64,000 nt of DNA, taken from positions 5,270,001 through 5,334,000 of the forward strand of contig NC_043013.1 in assembly GCF_006345805.1 (NCBI RefSeq). The letters run 5' to 3'. Under the pieces are notes generated by a model. That model did not search any database, was not told the origin of the DNA, and saw nothing but the letters and a program-made list of their open reading frames with translations. A program made the translations under genes and the position numbers. Below, piece after piece: positions 1 to 11,457 of the stretch (the stretch's first letter is position 1; each line of letters starts with the position of its first letter). Origin of the DNA: Octopus sinensis (lineage: Eukaryota).

Positions 1-11
1 TATGACCTAAT

Positions 12-432
12 GGCGTAGGAGTGGCTGTGTGGTAAGTAGCTTGCTTACAAACCACATGGTTCTGGGTTCAGTCCCACTGCGTGGCACCTTGGGCAAGTGT
101 CTTCTACTATAGCCTAGGGCTGACCAGAGCCTTGTAAGTGGATTTGGTAGACAGAAACTGAAAGAAGCCCATTGCATATATGTATATATATATATGTGTG
201 TGTGTGTGTGTATGTGTGTGTGTATACGTTTGTGTGTCTGTGTTGTCCCCCCAACATTGCTTGACAACTGATGGTGATGTGTTTACATCCCCGTAACTTA
301 GCAGTTCGGCAAAAGAGACTAATAGAATAAGTACTAGGTTTACAAAGAATAAATCCTGGGATTGATTTGTTTGACTAAAGGCAGTGCTCCAGCATGGCCA
401 CAGTCAAATGACTGAAACAAGTAAAAGAGTAA
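12..432 (+). mobile_element. tRNA-derived SINE (about 420 bp family with internal (TA)n(TG)n)
   Basis: A-box-like TGGCTGTGTGG, B-box-like GGTTCAGTCC, tail GTGCTCCAGCATGGCC...GACTGAAACAAGTAAAAG; more than 10 copies in the window. Confidence 0.85.
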
Positions 433-733
433 TATCATTATTTTCAAAATTAATTAAATTAAAATTTGCTTATTTTCAACAGAAACATAGGGTTAATAGG
501 GCTAAACTTTCAATCTTAGCAACCTTAGATTTGTTTCATTCTATTTTGAAAAGTTTGAACATTTTGTACTGAAAGCACTGGCTGATAGCTATGCCCCTTC
601 TTTGCATTGTTGACTTCCAACTCAACACTTCTAACTCAGTTTCTTATCCTTTCGCTCAATGTTTCTTCTTTTGCATGAAAAGAAAAGCAGAACCAGTAAA
701 TAAATTTTTTAAAATCCTGATATATGACCTAAT

Positions 734-1162
734 GGCGTAGGAGTGGCTGTGTGGTAAGTAGCTTGCTTACAAACCACATGGTTCTGGGTTCAGTCCCACT
801 GCGTGGCACCTTGGGCAAGTGTCTTCTACTATAGCCTAGGGCTGACCAGAGCCTTGTAAGTGGATTTGGTAGACAGAAACTGAAAGAAGCCCATTGCATA
901 TATGTATATATATATATGTGTGTGTGTGTGTGTATGTGTGTGTGTATACGTTTGTGTGTCTGTGTTTGTCCCCCCAACATCGCTTGACAACCGATGCTGG
1001 TGTGTTTACAACTCCGTAACTTAGCAGTTCGGCAAAAGAGACTGATAGAATAAGTACTAGGCTTACAAATAATAAGTCCTGGAGTCGATTTGCTTGACTA
1101 AAGGCGATGCTCCAGCATGGCGACAGTCAGATGACTGAAACAAGTAAAAGAGAGTAAAGAGT
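734..1162 (+). mobile_element. tRNA-derived SINE, same family
   Basis: Same head and tail; 723-966 is identical to 1-244. Confidence 0.85.
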
Positions 1163-1483
1163 AATATTTTTTAATTCTATATACTAAAATAAAGAAAATT
1201 GCTTATCAGTTCGTTAAAAGTGTATAACTTTTATTAAAAGAGAGCAATTAGTAAAGTTTACACTGCCTAGAAAATACTTAAAACTTCTGACTTTAATATA
1301 TTTTTATCAAAATGTGGTTTTCAAATTTCTTTTATTATTAAATGTTTCATCTGCACTATTCCATTAAAAATATAAAATTAATTTTTATTCACTGATTGCA
1401 TTTTATAACACTGTGAGATAGTATTTATGATAATTCTTCAAATATTATTCTCATTGTTTGTTTCATTAATTATCTTTTTTCAG

Positions 1484-1645
1484 ATTTACCTACCCGAGAA
1501 TTTATACTGCCCTTTGATTTAAACATAGATGTCGAACGTGCTTATGATGTACGTTGCTCTAGCAAATATGCTTGGCTCCCTTACTATGCAATTTTAAGGT
1601 CAAATCTGTCTTTATTACCACCATTCAACACAAGAAATTTCACAG
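1484..1645 (+). CDS. Internal exon of a partial gene (upstream exons outside the window); putative signalling adaptor
   Basis: TTTTTTCAG acceptor at 1483, GTAAAT donor at 1646; 162 nt, open only in phase 1: LPTREFILPFDLNIDVERAYDVRCSSKYAWLPYYAILRSNLSLLPPFNTRNFT. Confidence 0.7.
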
Positions 1646-1942
1646 GTAAATTGCTTTCAGATTATGATAAAAAAAATACAATTTCTTTGATTACAAGGAT
1701 TGGTTATTTAATAGTAATCATTTAGCCTCAAGGCTATTCAATATTTAACATAGGCATGGCTAAGTGCAAGCATGGCTTTATGGTTAAGAAGTTCACTTCC
1801 CAACCATATGATTTCAAGTTCAGTTCCACTACATGCCTTTTACTATAGCATTGGGTTGACCTAAACCTTCTGAGTGGATTTGGTAAACTGAAAAGAAAAT
1901 CCCATTATATATATATATGTATATATATATATATTATATATA

Positions 1943-1984
<42 letters not shown>

Positions 1985-2397
1985 CAAATGCCAAATATGC
2001 TGAAAAATTGGAAATATTGTCCATTAACCATATAATTTTTGAATTATTTATAAATTTAACCGTTAAAGGTATTTTTTAATATGCTGGCCATTGATAAAAT
2101 TTTTTTCGAGAAAATACTTTTTTTCGAAAAGAATTTTATCCTCACATTTGATATATATATCATAAATATATACATGTATTGATCTTGCCATGATCAACTT
2201 TCATCATTTTGGAGTCAATAAAAAGATGACAATCCAAGCTGATGGCTTTGCAGAACTAGAAACATTTCTGGCAAGGTTGTTTAGCGAATGTAAAAATACG
2301 ACGTCGTCGTCGTCGTCGTGGCGGCGGTTGCTGCTGCTGCTGTTGTTGTTGTTGTTCAAATATTTCCACTTACTTTATTTTATTTTATTACTTTTAG

Positions 2398-2717
2398 ATA
2401 TTTGTATTTACCAGAAAAACAGAGATTTCTTGAGAAATTTACCTGAGTTTTTGTTTAAGCCTTGTCTAATGAAGTTTGAAAATATTCGCCAACGTCAAGG
2501 AGGTGATACATATGAGAATCCTTCAGTTTTGAGACGACCACCAATGCCTTTACCAAGAAGGAAATCGGAATCATCAGAAGATGCTTCATCACCACCAAAC
2601 TCATCAACAACACTTCCTCCTCCACTTCCTCTCCGATCAAAAAGAGTTCTAAATACTTACGTATCAACCCCAACTCAATTACCATTATTCAGACGTAATT
2701 CAGAGACACATTGCTGA
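2398..2717 (+). CDS. Terminal coding exon of the same gene, Pro-rich tail with YENP
   Basis: Long T-rich tract plus TAG acceptor at 2397; phase-1 join keeps the frame of ORF 2190-2717: DICIYQKNRDF...TYENPSVLRRPPMPLPRR...PPPLPLRSK...THC*. Confidence 0.72.
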
Positions 2718-2949
2718 GGTACATTTTTCTATGGTTGGTTATCCTTCCTGTTTCCAACTCTCACCTGCATCCAAGTGAAATAATTTATCCCTGAGTCTTT
2801 GAACAATGAACAGTTCACTGGCCAAGATATCTTCACCTGGCTGATTCTAAACAAACAGCGCCATTGCTGATAATGTTGGTCTTCTTTTCACTCATCATTA
2901 ACTCAGAGTTAAAACAGACAGAAATTGACTCATGGATACACACACAAAC

Positions 2950-2960
2950 ATTTATATCTC

Positions 2961-3030
<70 letters not shown>

Positions 3031-3164
3031 CATCCATCCATCCATCCATCCATCCATCCATCTATCTATCTGTCTGTCTGTCTGTCTGTCTGTCTATCCA
3101 TCCATCCATCCATCCATCCATCCATCCATCCATCCATCCATCCATCTATCTATCTATCTGTCTA

Positions 3165-3196
<32 letters not shown>

Positions 3197-3350
3197 ATTA
3201 TCCGTCCGTCCATCCATCCATCCATCTATCTATCTATCTGTCTATCTGTCTATCTGTCTGTCCATCCATCCATCCATCCATCTAACTATGTATCTATCTT
3301 TTTGTCTACCTATCTATCTGTTTGTCTGTCTGTCATTCTATCTGTCTGTC
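2950..3350. repeat. Compound tetranucleotide microsatellite (TCTG/TCTA/TCCA)
   Basis: Read directly; explains ORFs 2864-3403, 2925-3197 and 2932-3285. Confidence 0.95.
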
Positions 3351-3556
3351 TATCAGTGTTTGTGTGTGTGAAACCATCTCATTACATATCAGAAAACTGC
3401 TGATATCTGATAAGTTAGGTTTCTCCCATGCACCTACAAAGCTTTAAGTCAGTTGGAGCAGAGCCAAATTATTATTCAAAGATATATACAACTCATTTGA
3501 AATGTATTAAGTACCACTTTCTCTTATTTGTCCACTGACACTTATGTGTATGTATG

Positions 3557-3617
<61 letters not shown>

Positions 3618-3687
3618 TCTATTTTTCAGTTAATGTAAGATCAACAAAAAAAACTATTCCATCTGGTGAAAGATAAATATTGATTAA

Positions 3688-3900
3688 CCCTTTTGATACT
3701 AACCCGGTTGAAACCGGCTCTGGCTCTGAGTACAAATGTCTTGTTTCCATAAGTTTTGAATTAAAATCTTCTACCAAGCACTAGTAGTAGTGTTCTTAAC
3801 ACTAGCTGAATGATAACTAAGTTATTTTACTAAATTCTTTATATTTAAAGTAATTGAAAGAAACACAGAGCATCTCAAAATATATACAGTAACAAAAGGG
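3688..3900. mobile_element. piggyBac-like MITE (CCCTTT...AAAGGG, TTAA TSD)
   Basis: TTAA at 3684-3687 and 3901-3904; homologous to 7435-7654 and 50028-50438. Confidence 0.8.
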
Positions 3901-4288
3901 TTAAGGGCTTAGAACCTAAAAATTGCTTGGAAACACCAGATGTGTTATTAAACCTGCCTAGAAAACATCTCCAATGTATGAAACTAATAGTAGCTCAGCA
4001 CTATATTTTGTATATAAACAATACACACACACACATCATAGATCTTGTTTCTGTCTATAAGTTCCACACACAGTACATTTATCATCCTGCAGTTATAATA
4101 CAGAACCCTTGTTGACAGTGTCTGTGCAGTGGGACTGAACTTAAAACCATGTGATTCCAAAGCAAACATCTTAACCATATGACCATGCTTCTACCTCCAG
4201 ACTTGCAATTTGTCAAAAATAAACTAATTCTTCTCCTGACGAATACCATTCACACAAAAACTTCTATTTGTTCAGAACAGTTTAGCCG

Positions 4289-4688
4289 TGTTTTACTCTT
4301 TTACTTGTTTCAGTCATTTGACTGTGGCCATGCTGGAGCACTGCCTTTAAGTCAAGCAAATCGACCCCAGGACTTATTCTTTGTAAGCCTAGTACTTATT
4401 CTATTGGCCCCTTTTCCCGAACCGCTAAGTTATGGGGTTGTAAACACACCAGCATCGGTTGTCAAGCGATGTTAGGGTGACAAACACAGACACACAAACA
4501 CATAGTCACACATACGTATGCATATATATACATATATACAACGGGCTTCTTTCAGTTTCTGTCTCCCAAATCCACTCACGAGGCTTTGGTCGGCCCAAGG
4601 CAATAGTAGAAGACACTTACCCAAGGTGCCACGCAGTGGGACTGAACCCAGAACCATGTGGTTGGTAAGCAAGCTACTTACCACACAG
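4289..4688 (-). mobile_element. tRNA-derived SINE, same family
   Basis: Reverse complement of the 12-432 family. Confidence 0.8.
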
Positions 4689-5129
4689 ATAAATCGCACC
4701 GCTAATTTAGTGTTAAATTTTTTGCGTTCATTGTTTTAGTTTTGCCCCATTTATAAATCACACTAGTTTTTTGGTTCAGAATCAAATAGCAAATAGTGAT
4801 TCCAAATTTTGGTATAAAGCCAGCTGTTTTAGTACTTACTTTGTACCTGCAGTGACATTCACTCAAGGTAGGTGTGATGGGAAGGAGAGCCTGGCTCATA
4901 ACACCACAGTAGGTTGAGCCAGCTCTGACCAACTAGTTCACCACATCCTTCACAAATGCTGATCACATCAAGTTAGCTGCAGTCAAGGCTGTAGCACACA
5001 CGCCATAGCTATAGTTATCACTCACTGTTGGGGTGTAATCAATTACATCGACAACCCCCCCCCCCACCCCACTGCTCAACTGGTGCTCATTAATTTATTG
5101 ACTCCAGGCATGTAAAAACTACCATCCGA

Positions 5130-5619
5130 ATATGGTTGATGCCAGGTCCGCCTGACTGGCTCCCATGCCAGTGGCACATAAAAAACACCAATCAAATATG
5201 GATGATACTAGTACCCCTTGAGTGGCCCCCGTGCTGGTGGCACGTAAAAAGCACTATCCGAACATGGCTGATACCAGTAGCCCCTGACTGGCCTCTGTGC
5301 TGGTGGCACATAAAAAGCACCACCCGAACATCGTCAATGCCAGGTCTGTGTGACTGGCTCCCGTGCCGGTGGCACATAAAAAGCACCAACTAAACATGGC
5401 CGATACCAGTACCCCCTGACTGCCTCCTGTGCTGGTGGCACGTAAAAAGCACCCACTACACTCTCGGATTGGTTGGCATTAGGAAGGGCCACCAGCTGTA
5501 GAAACATTGCCAGATCAGATTGGTGCCTGGTGCAGTTGCTGGCTCTCCAGATCTCAGTCAAACCGTCCAACCCATGCCAGTTTGGAAAACGGACGTTAAA
5601 CGACGACGACGATGATGAT
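5130..5619 (+). mobile_element. (GAT)n-tailed retroposon 3' end with five 66-bp subrepeats
   Basis: GTGGCAC at 5171, 5237, 5303, 5369, 5435; ends CCAACCCATGC...GGACGTTAAACGACGACGATGATG. Confidence 0.8.
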
Positions 5620-6923
5620 TCCAGAGAGATGAGAGGCAAATTCAGCTTCAGTGGCACTTGAACTCTGAACAGAAAGATGTGGATAAAATGTTGTTAGACA
5701 TATTATCCACACAGTAACAATTCTGCTGGCTTGCCACCTTCAATCAAGTATGAAATGGTGCTACTTATACAGGAATGAAAATGGTATATATAAAATGTCT
5801 ATAATAGTGTTTATTAACAAAAATGATAATACCATGAAGGAAATTTCTAATAAAGTAACTAGTCCTAACACTTGTGACCATTCATAAGGACAAGTTTGAG
5901 ACAAAACCAGAATCTGCTATCACTTTGCTATATTATTAGTGCCTTGTCTAGAAGTTACAATACATCTTTTAAATTTTAATTATTTTATAATATTTTTAAA
6001 TAATGTTTCAAACAACAGAATGTCAGAAATGTTTCTGAGTTACAGAGTTATGTCCCTTACTAGTTTCTCACCATGGCGGAAAACTAAATATTCTACAAGA
6101 AAACTAGTGTTTCCTACACCAGGAGATGATTGTATCAGTTGTTCTAGATCTATGGTTCTTATATTGGATTGGTACATAATTATTGCAGTTTTTTTTCAAC
6201 AAATTTTATTCAACAAAAACAATAACAATATTTAACAAGATTCGAGCAAGGTCGTTGCCAGTTCCGCCTGACTGACCCCATGCCAGTGGCACGTAAAAGC
6301 ACCCACTACACTCTCAGAGTGGTTGGCGTTAGGAAGGACATCCAGCTGTAGAAACTCTACCAGATCAGATTGGAGCCTGGTGCAGCCATCTGGTTCGCCA
6401 GCCCTCAGTCAAATCGTCCAACCCATGCCAGCATGGAAAGCGGATGTTAAACAATGATGTTGTTTAGTAGTCACACATATGTATGTATATATATATATAC
6501 ATATATACGATGGGCTTCTTTCAGTTTCTGTCTCCCAAATCCACTCACAAGCCTTTGGTCGGCCCGAGGCTATAGTAAAAGACACTTACCCAAGGTGCCA
6601 CACAGGGACTGAACCCAGAACCATGTAGTTCGTAAGCAAGCTACTTACCACACAGCCACTCCTATGCCTATTTATCAAGAATCCTCACCTAAAATAGAAT
6701 ACCAAAACCCATCACTTCTACTCATAGTCTGTGTTTCCCCAAATCGAAATCACAACTTATTTCTGTTAACTGTTACAAGAATTCTGAAGACATTCCTATT
6801 TCTATGTCCCGATTCTTCTGGTCTTCTTTTTCTCATGTTTAACGATTTCTAATTATCTTCTTTGGAATGCTTGTATATAAGTTATTACTAAATCAACCAC
6901 CATGAAGTTTCGTTCTCTTGTAC

Positions 6924-7226
6924 TAAAGATTATTTGCCAACATAACATGGCAGTCCTGGTTTAGGACTAATGTTGCTGTAATTTAGCCCCAGGTGACATC
7001 GTCTGCAGTTGGCTATATGACACAATCTGTGTCCTTATATTATTTTGTGCTGATGAAGAGAAATAACCCAGATATTATTTTGAGCTGAGTTGGGGTGCTA
7101 GATTCCCCTGTTCGAAAAATATAAGGACACAGATCGTGACGTATAGCCAGCTGGAGATGATGTCTCCTGGGGCTAAATTACAGCAACATCAGTCCTAAAC
7201 CATGTTATGTTGGCGAACAATCTTTA
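6924..7226. mobile_element. Foldback MITE with long TIRs (AAAGATTATTTGCCAACATAACATGG...)
   Basis: Termini are reverse complements; further copies at 8950-9740 and 36117-36424. Confidence 0.8.
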
Positions 7227-7434
7227 TTACAAAGTACTATTGGTGAATATCTCTCATTGTGAGGTTTAAAAATAATAATTTTCTGTATTCTTCTTCTTTA
7301 TAATATTCCTATTCCCATCGCATAGAACACTATTGTCATATCTAAGTTGATGGCTTCTGCTAGGGCCCTTTCTCTCATTTAGTTCAAAAGTGAGTTTTAG
7401 CAGTTTTTGTCCTGTTTTGGGATCAGCTGCTTAA

Positions 7435-7654
7435 CCCTTTCGTTACTGTATTTATTTTGAGATGCTCTGTGTTTCTTTCAATTACTTTAAATACAACAAA
7501 GAATTTAGTAAGATAACTTAGTTATCTTTAAGCTAGTGTTAGGGACATAAATTGTGACTAAGGTTTGGTGGAAGATTTTAATTCAAAACTTATGAAAACA
7601 AGACTTTCGTACTCAGAGCCAGAGCCGGTTTCAGCCGGGTTGGTCATGAAAGGG
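7435..7654. mobile_element. piggyBac-like MITE
   Basis: TTAA at 7431-7434 and 7655-7658, CCC...GGG ends. Confidence 0.85.
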
Positions 7655-8090
7655 TTAATAATAATCAGCTTCTTGTACACAGTGTTCAAGTGCTCCATAA
7701 GTCATGAGAAAAGAGTTGAAGAAGGGGACAGAAAGCAACAATAGGTCAAAGGATAAAAACAGCAATGTGATGATAGCCAAAAGTACATGCCCAGGATACA
7801 GAATGAAACAGAAAATGGGATGAGCAATAGAGCCATAACGAGCAAAGGATGCATAGGTACGCCAGAAGTGATGTTGGTGAATTTCAGGAAGCCTGGAATT
7901 TTTTGAAAGATTCAATGTCATAAACAGCTAACAACTGAGACGGGTAATTTATTCCATGATTTGATAATTCTGAGTGAGAAAAGCTGCTTCCAAAAGTCTT
8001 TTTTTTAAAATTATTATTCTTATATCTGTTCAATAAATACTCCAATGGTTTTTATTCAGCCAATCTTCCTTCTTGTATTCGCTCTTTTAA

Positions 8091-8293
8091 CCCTTTGGCA
8101 TACAAATTATTCTGTCAAATTCACATTGGTTTGAATTAAACATGCATTATCTCATACCTTTGACATTTCAATGATGTGATTGTTTATTTTTAGGATGACA
8201 TGACAGGGTAGGTGTGAGAGGCCAGATCTGGCTTGTCAATATAAAAGAAGCAGAATATGTTGGCTGAATACGACCTGTTTAAATGCAAAAGGG
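8091..8293. mobile_element. piggyBac-like MITE, second family
   Basis: TTAA at 8087-8090 and 8294-8297, CCCTTT...AAAGGG ends. Confidence 0.75.
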
Positions 8294-8864
8294 TTAAAGT
8301 TATAAATCAAGTGACTTGTCTCTCTGCTAATTCTTATCCTTTCAGCAATGTTGTTCCCTCTTGTAAGAAGTGTTTTTCCTTAAACATTGGTCTGATGGAA
8401 CTTTCTCCCTTCTAAGATGGCAAGCTGGCAGAAACGTTAGCACACCGGGTGAAATGCTTAACGGTATTTTGTCTGCCGTTACGTTCTGAGTTCAAATTCC
8501 GCCGAGGTCGACTTTGCCTTTCATCCTTTTGGGGGTCGATTAAATAAGTACCAGTTACGCACTGGAGTCGATATAATCAACTTAATCAGTTTGTCTGTCC
8601 TTGTTTGTCTCCTCTGTGTTTAGCCCCTTGTGGGTAGTAAAGAAATAGGTATTTCGTCTGTCTTTACATTCTGAGTTCAAATTCCGCCGAGGTCAACTTC
8701 CCCTTTCATTCTTTCGGGGTCGATAAATTAAGTACCAGCTGCATACTGCAGTCGATTTAATTGGCTGGCCCCCTCCCTAAAAATTTTGGGCCTTGTGCTT
8801 AGAGTAGAAAAAGGAACTTTCTCCCTTCTTGTTTTCTTCATAAATATAACCTTAACTATTTTAA

Positions 8865-9942
8865 CCTTTTTGTTACTGTAAATACACTGTATTTTAGAAA
8901 ATTACTATTTTTAAATCTCACAATGTGAGATATTCAGTAACAGTACTTTGTAGTAAAGAATGTTTGCCAACATAACATGGCAGTTCTGGTTTAGGACTAG
9001 TGTTGCTGTAATTTAGTCCCAGGAGATATCAGATACCCTCCATCAGACACCTACCATACTCTGAGTGCCTTGTTTCCCTGGGCATGGATTCACTGAAGCT
9101 CCGGCGTCTGGCGACGGACTTGGTAAACACCCACAAAGTTATCAACCACCTCACCAACAACAACACTGAAAACCTTTTTGATCTCCATGTGTCTAACACA
9201 CGTGGACATGCCTACAAAGTCAGAAAACAACACAGCTCCCATGACTTTCGGAAACATTTTTTCACGCTCAGAGTTGCTGAAGCATGGAACAAACTGCCTG
9301 TGTCAGTTGTTGACTGCCATGACACTGCATCCTTTAAGGCCCTCATGCTTTCCGAAATCTGCCGAAACTACACCTGATTATACATACACTTTAGATGAGT
9401 GGTAGTGCACCTGAGCACTGTACACAATGTTTTTTTTATTATTATTATTATTATCATCTCCAGCTGGCTATATGACATGATCCGTGTCCTTATAGTTTTG
9501 AACAAGGGAATTTAGCTCCCCAACAATTATTCTGTGCTGAGGAAGAGAAATAACTCAGAAATTGCGATACACAGATATTGTTTTGAGTTGAGTGGGGGTG
9601 CTAGATTCCCTTGTTCAAAAATATAAGGAGAGAGGTCGTGTCGTATAGCCAGCTGGAAACGATGTCTCCTGGGGCTAAATTACAGCAACATTCATCCTAA
9701 GCCAGGACTGCCATGTTATGTTGGCAAACAATCTTTACTACACTGTATTTGTTTTAATTAATTTAGAAGAAAGTAATGGAAAATCTTGTGAATTAACTTT
9801 ATCTTCAATAATCTAAAGTTTGAAACATAAGTCAACATAAAATCTTGATGGGAGGTTTTAATTGAAATCCCTGTTTTAAATCTACCTGTTTAAGACAGGC
9901 AGATTTAAACCAGTGGTCTTCGGTGTATTGATACCAAAAGGG
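8865..9942. mobile_element. TTAA-flanked MITE containing a nested foldback MITE (about 8950-9740) and a CR1 fragment
   Basis: TTAA at 8861-8864 and 9943-9946; the inner MITE halves rejoin across the CR1. Confidence 0.65.
9031..9455 (+). mobile_element. 5'-truncated CR1-clade LINE 3' end
   Basis: ORF 9084-9377 has the CR1 RT C-terminal motifs LKLRR..DL, TRGH, FFTLRV...WNKLP, FK; (ATT)n tail; the tail recurs inverted near 34010-34050. Confidence 0.85.
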
Positions 9943-11359
9943 TTAAATCTTGTTGACTGTGCTTTTGATACTCCAAACAAAGTTGTTGCTTGAGGCCTAT
10001 TTTATTTCTGGTGACTTTTCCATCTTGCTGGGGGTGACCGCCAATAAAAACATGTAAAAGTAACTAAAACAAAGAGAAAAGAAACCCAGTAAACAATTCA
10101 GATATTTTTAACAATATAAAGTGAGACCCTGGACTAATGAAGAAAGTAATCTTTAATTCATCGTCTGTTTTATTGTTCAAAATTTGCAAGGAACACGACT
10201 GTTCCAAGGAAAGAAGACCAAGTAACCTGAAGTATACTATTCATAACACAAGAATATGTGTCCAGAGAAAAGCAAGGACTATGTCTGTGAAGGTGGTAAG
10301 CCTGCTAGTGTTATTTTTGATGTTCTTGTTACAACACAGTATTTTGATAATTACAATGGTGCAAAATCTGTCAAATGCAAGAAATTTCCCAGCTCCCACA
10401 TTTTGTGGTTCACATTGCTAAGTTCCTAACATACAGTCTGCCAGTCAAATTCTCTGTCTTTTTCTTCAAATCCGGTCTCTTTTGCTGTACTTCACAATAA
10501 ATCTGACTACAGATCCTGTACTGACATCATCACTTGAAAATCCAGGATGTATTTTCTTGTAATTTGATTGACCAGAATTTTATCAACGTCATTATTCAAT
10601 TTAAAAGAACTCGTTTCTTTGCAAACACCTATTGACAAAAAAGAAAAAAAGAACGTGCCTTGCTGTACATTAAAAATACATATATTGTTGCAATGAAATG
10701 AAATTTTGTCATAGTTTTTCTCTTTAACAACCACAATTTCATGCATGGTTTGTATTTCTCATGCTCTAACTACCATTAATACCAAGAAATCACAGTGTGC
10801 GGCTCTATAACAATGTTTAGTTTAAATGTGTGTCACTCTATAACAATATTTAGTTTAAAGCTAGTTAAACTGGTTCATTTATTGCTGTCACTTTGGGTTT
10901 CATTCTCTACATAGATCACCACAAGGAAAGTCCAAACAGGATTTGGGATTATTTGACCTGCTAGAAACAGTAGCCAAATCCCTCTCAAATCATACACAAC
11001 CATCTACAAAACAGGAAAGAATATCTTGAACCAGTGGTTCCCAGTCTGTAGTCTGCAGACCTCCACCCTCACCATATTTATCTCAGGGGTCCATGGAAGT
11101 GGTACTGGATGTTAGGTGAACCAAAATTGAAAATTTCAGAGTAAAATGTATAATTTTAGATGTAGGTATGGCCATGTGGTCAAAAGTAGCTTACTTCCCA
11201 ACCACATGGTTCTGGGTTCAGTCCCACGGCGTGGCACTTTGGGCGAGTCTCTTCTACTATAGCCCCAAACCAACCAAAGCTCTGTGAGTGGATTTAGTTG
11301 ACGGAAACTATGAAGAAGACCATTATGTGTGTGTGTGTGTGTGGTGTGTGTGTGTGTGC

Positions 11360-11396
<37 letters not shown>

Positions 11397-11457
11397 TAGC
11401 CATTTTAATTATTTAATAATTTTTACGTTTACCATTTTGCAGAATGAACCACTGATT

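Noticed and set aside
7265-7921. Minus-strand 88-aa ORF in frame with a further 54 open codons once the TTAA MITE is removed
   Set aside because: The two parts are still separated by TAA, there are no convincing splice sites and no recognisable family; probably chance or a long UTR.
10137-10746. ORFs of 94 aa (+) and 79 aa (-) in unique-looking sequence
   Set aside because: No splice context or motifs; open frames on both strands are of chance length.
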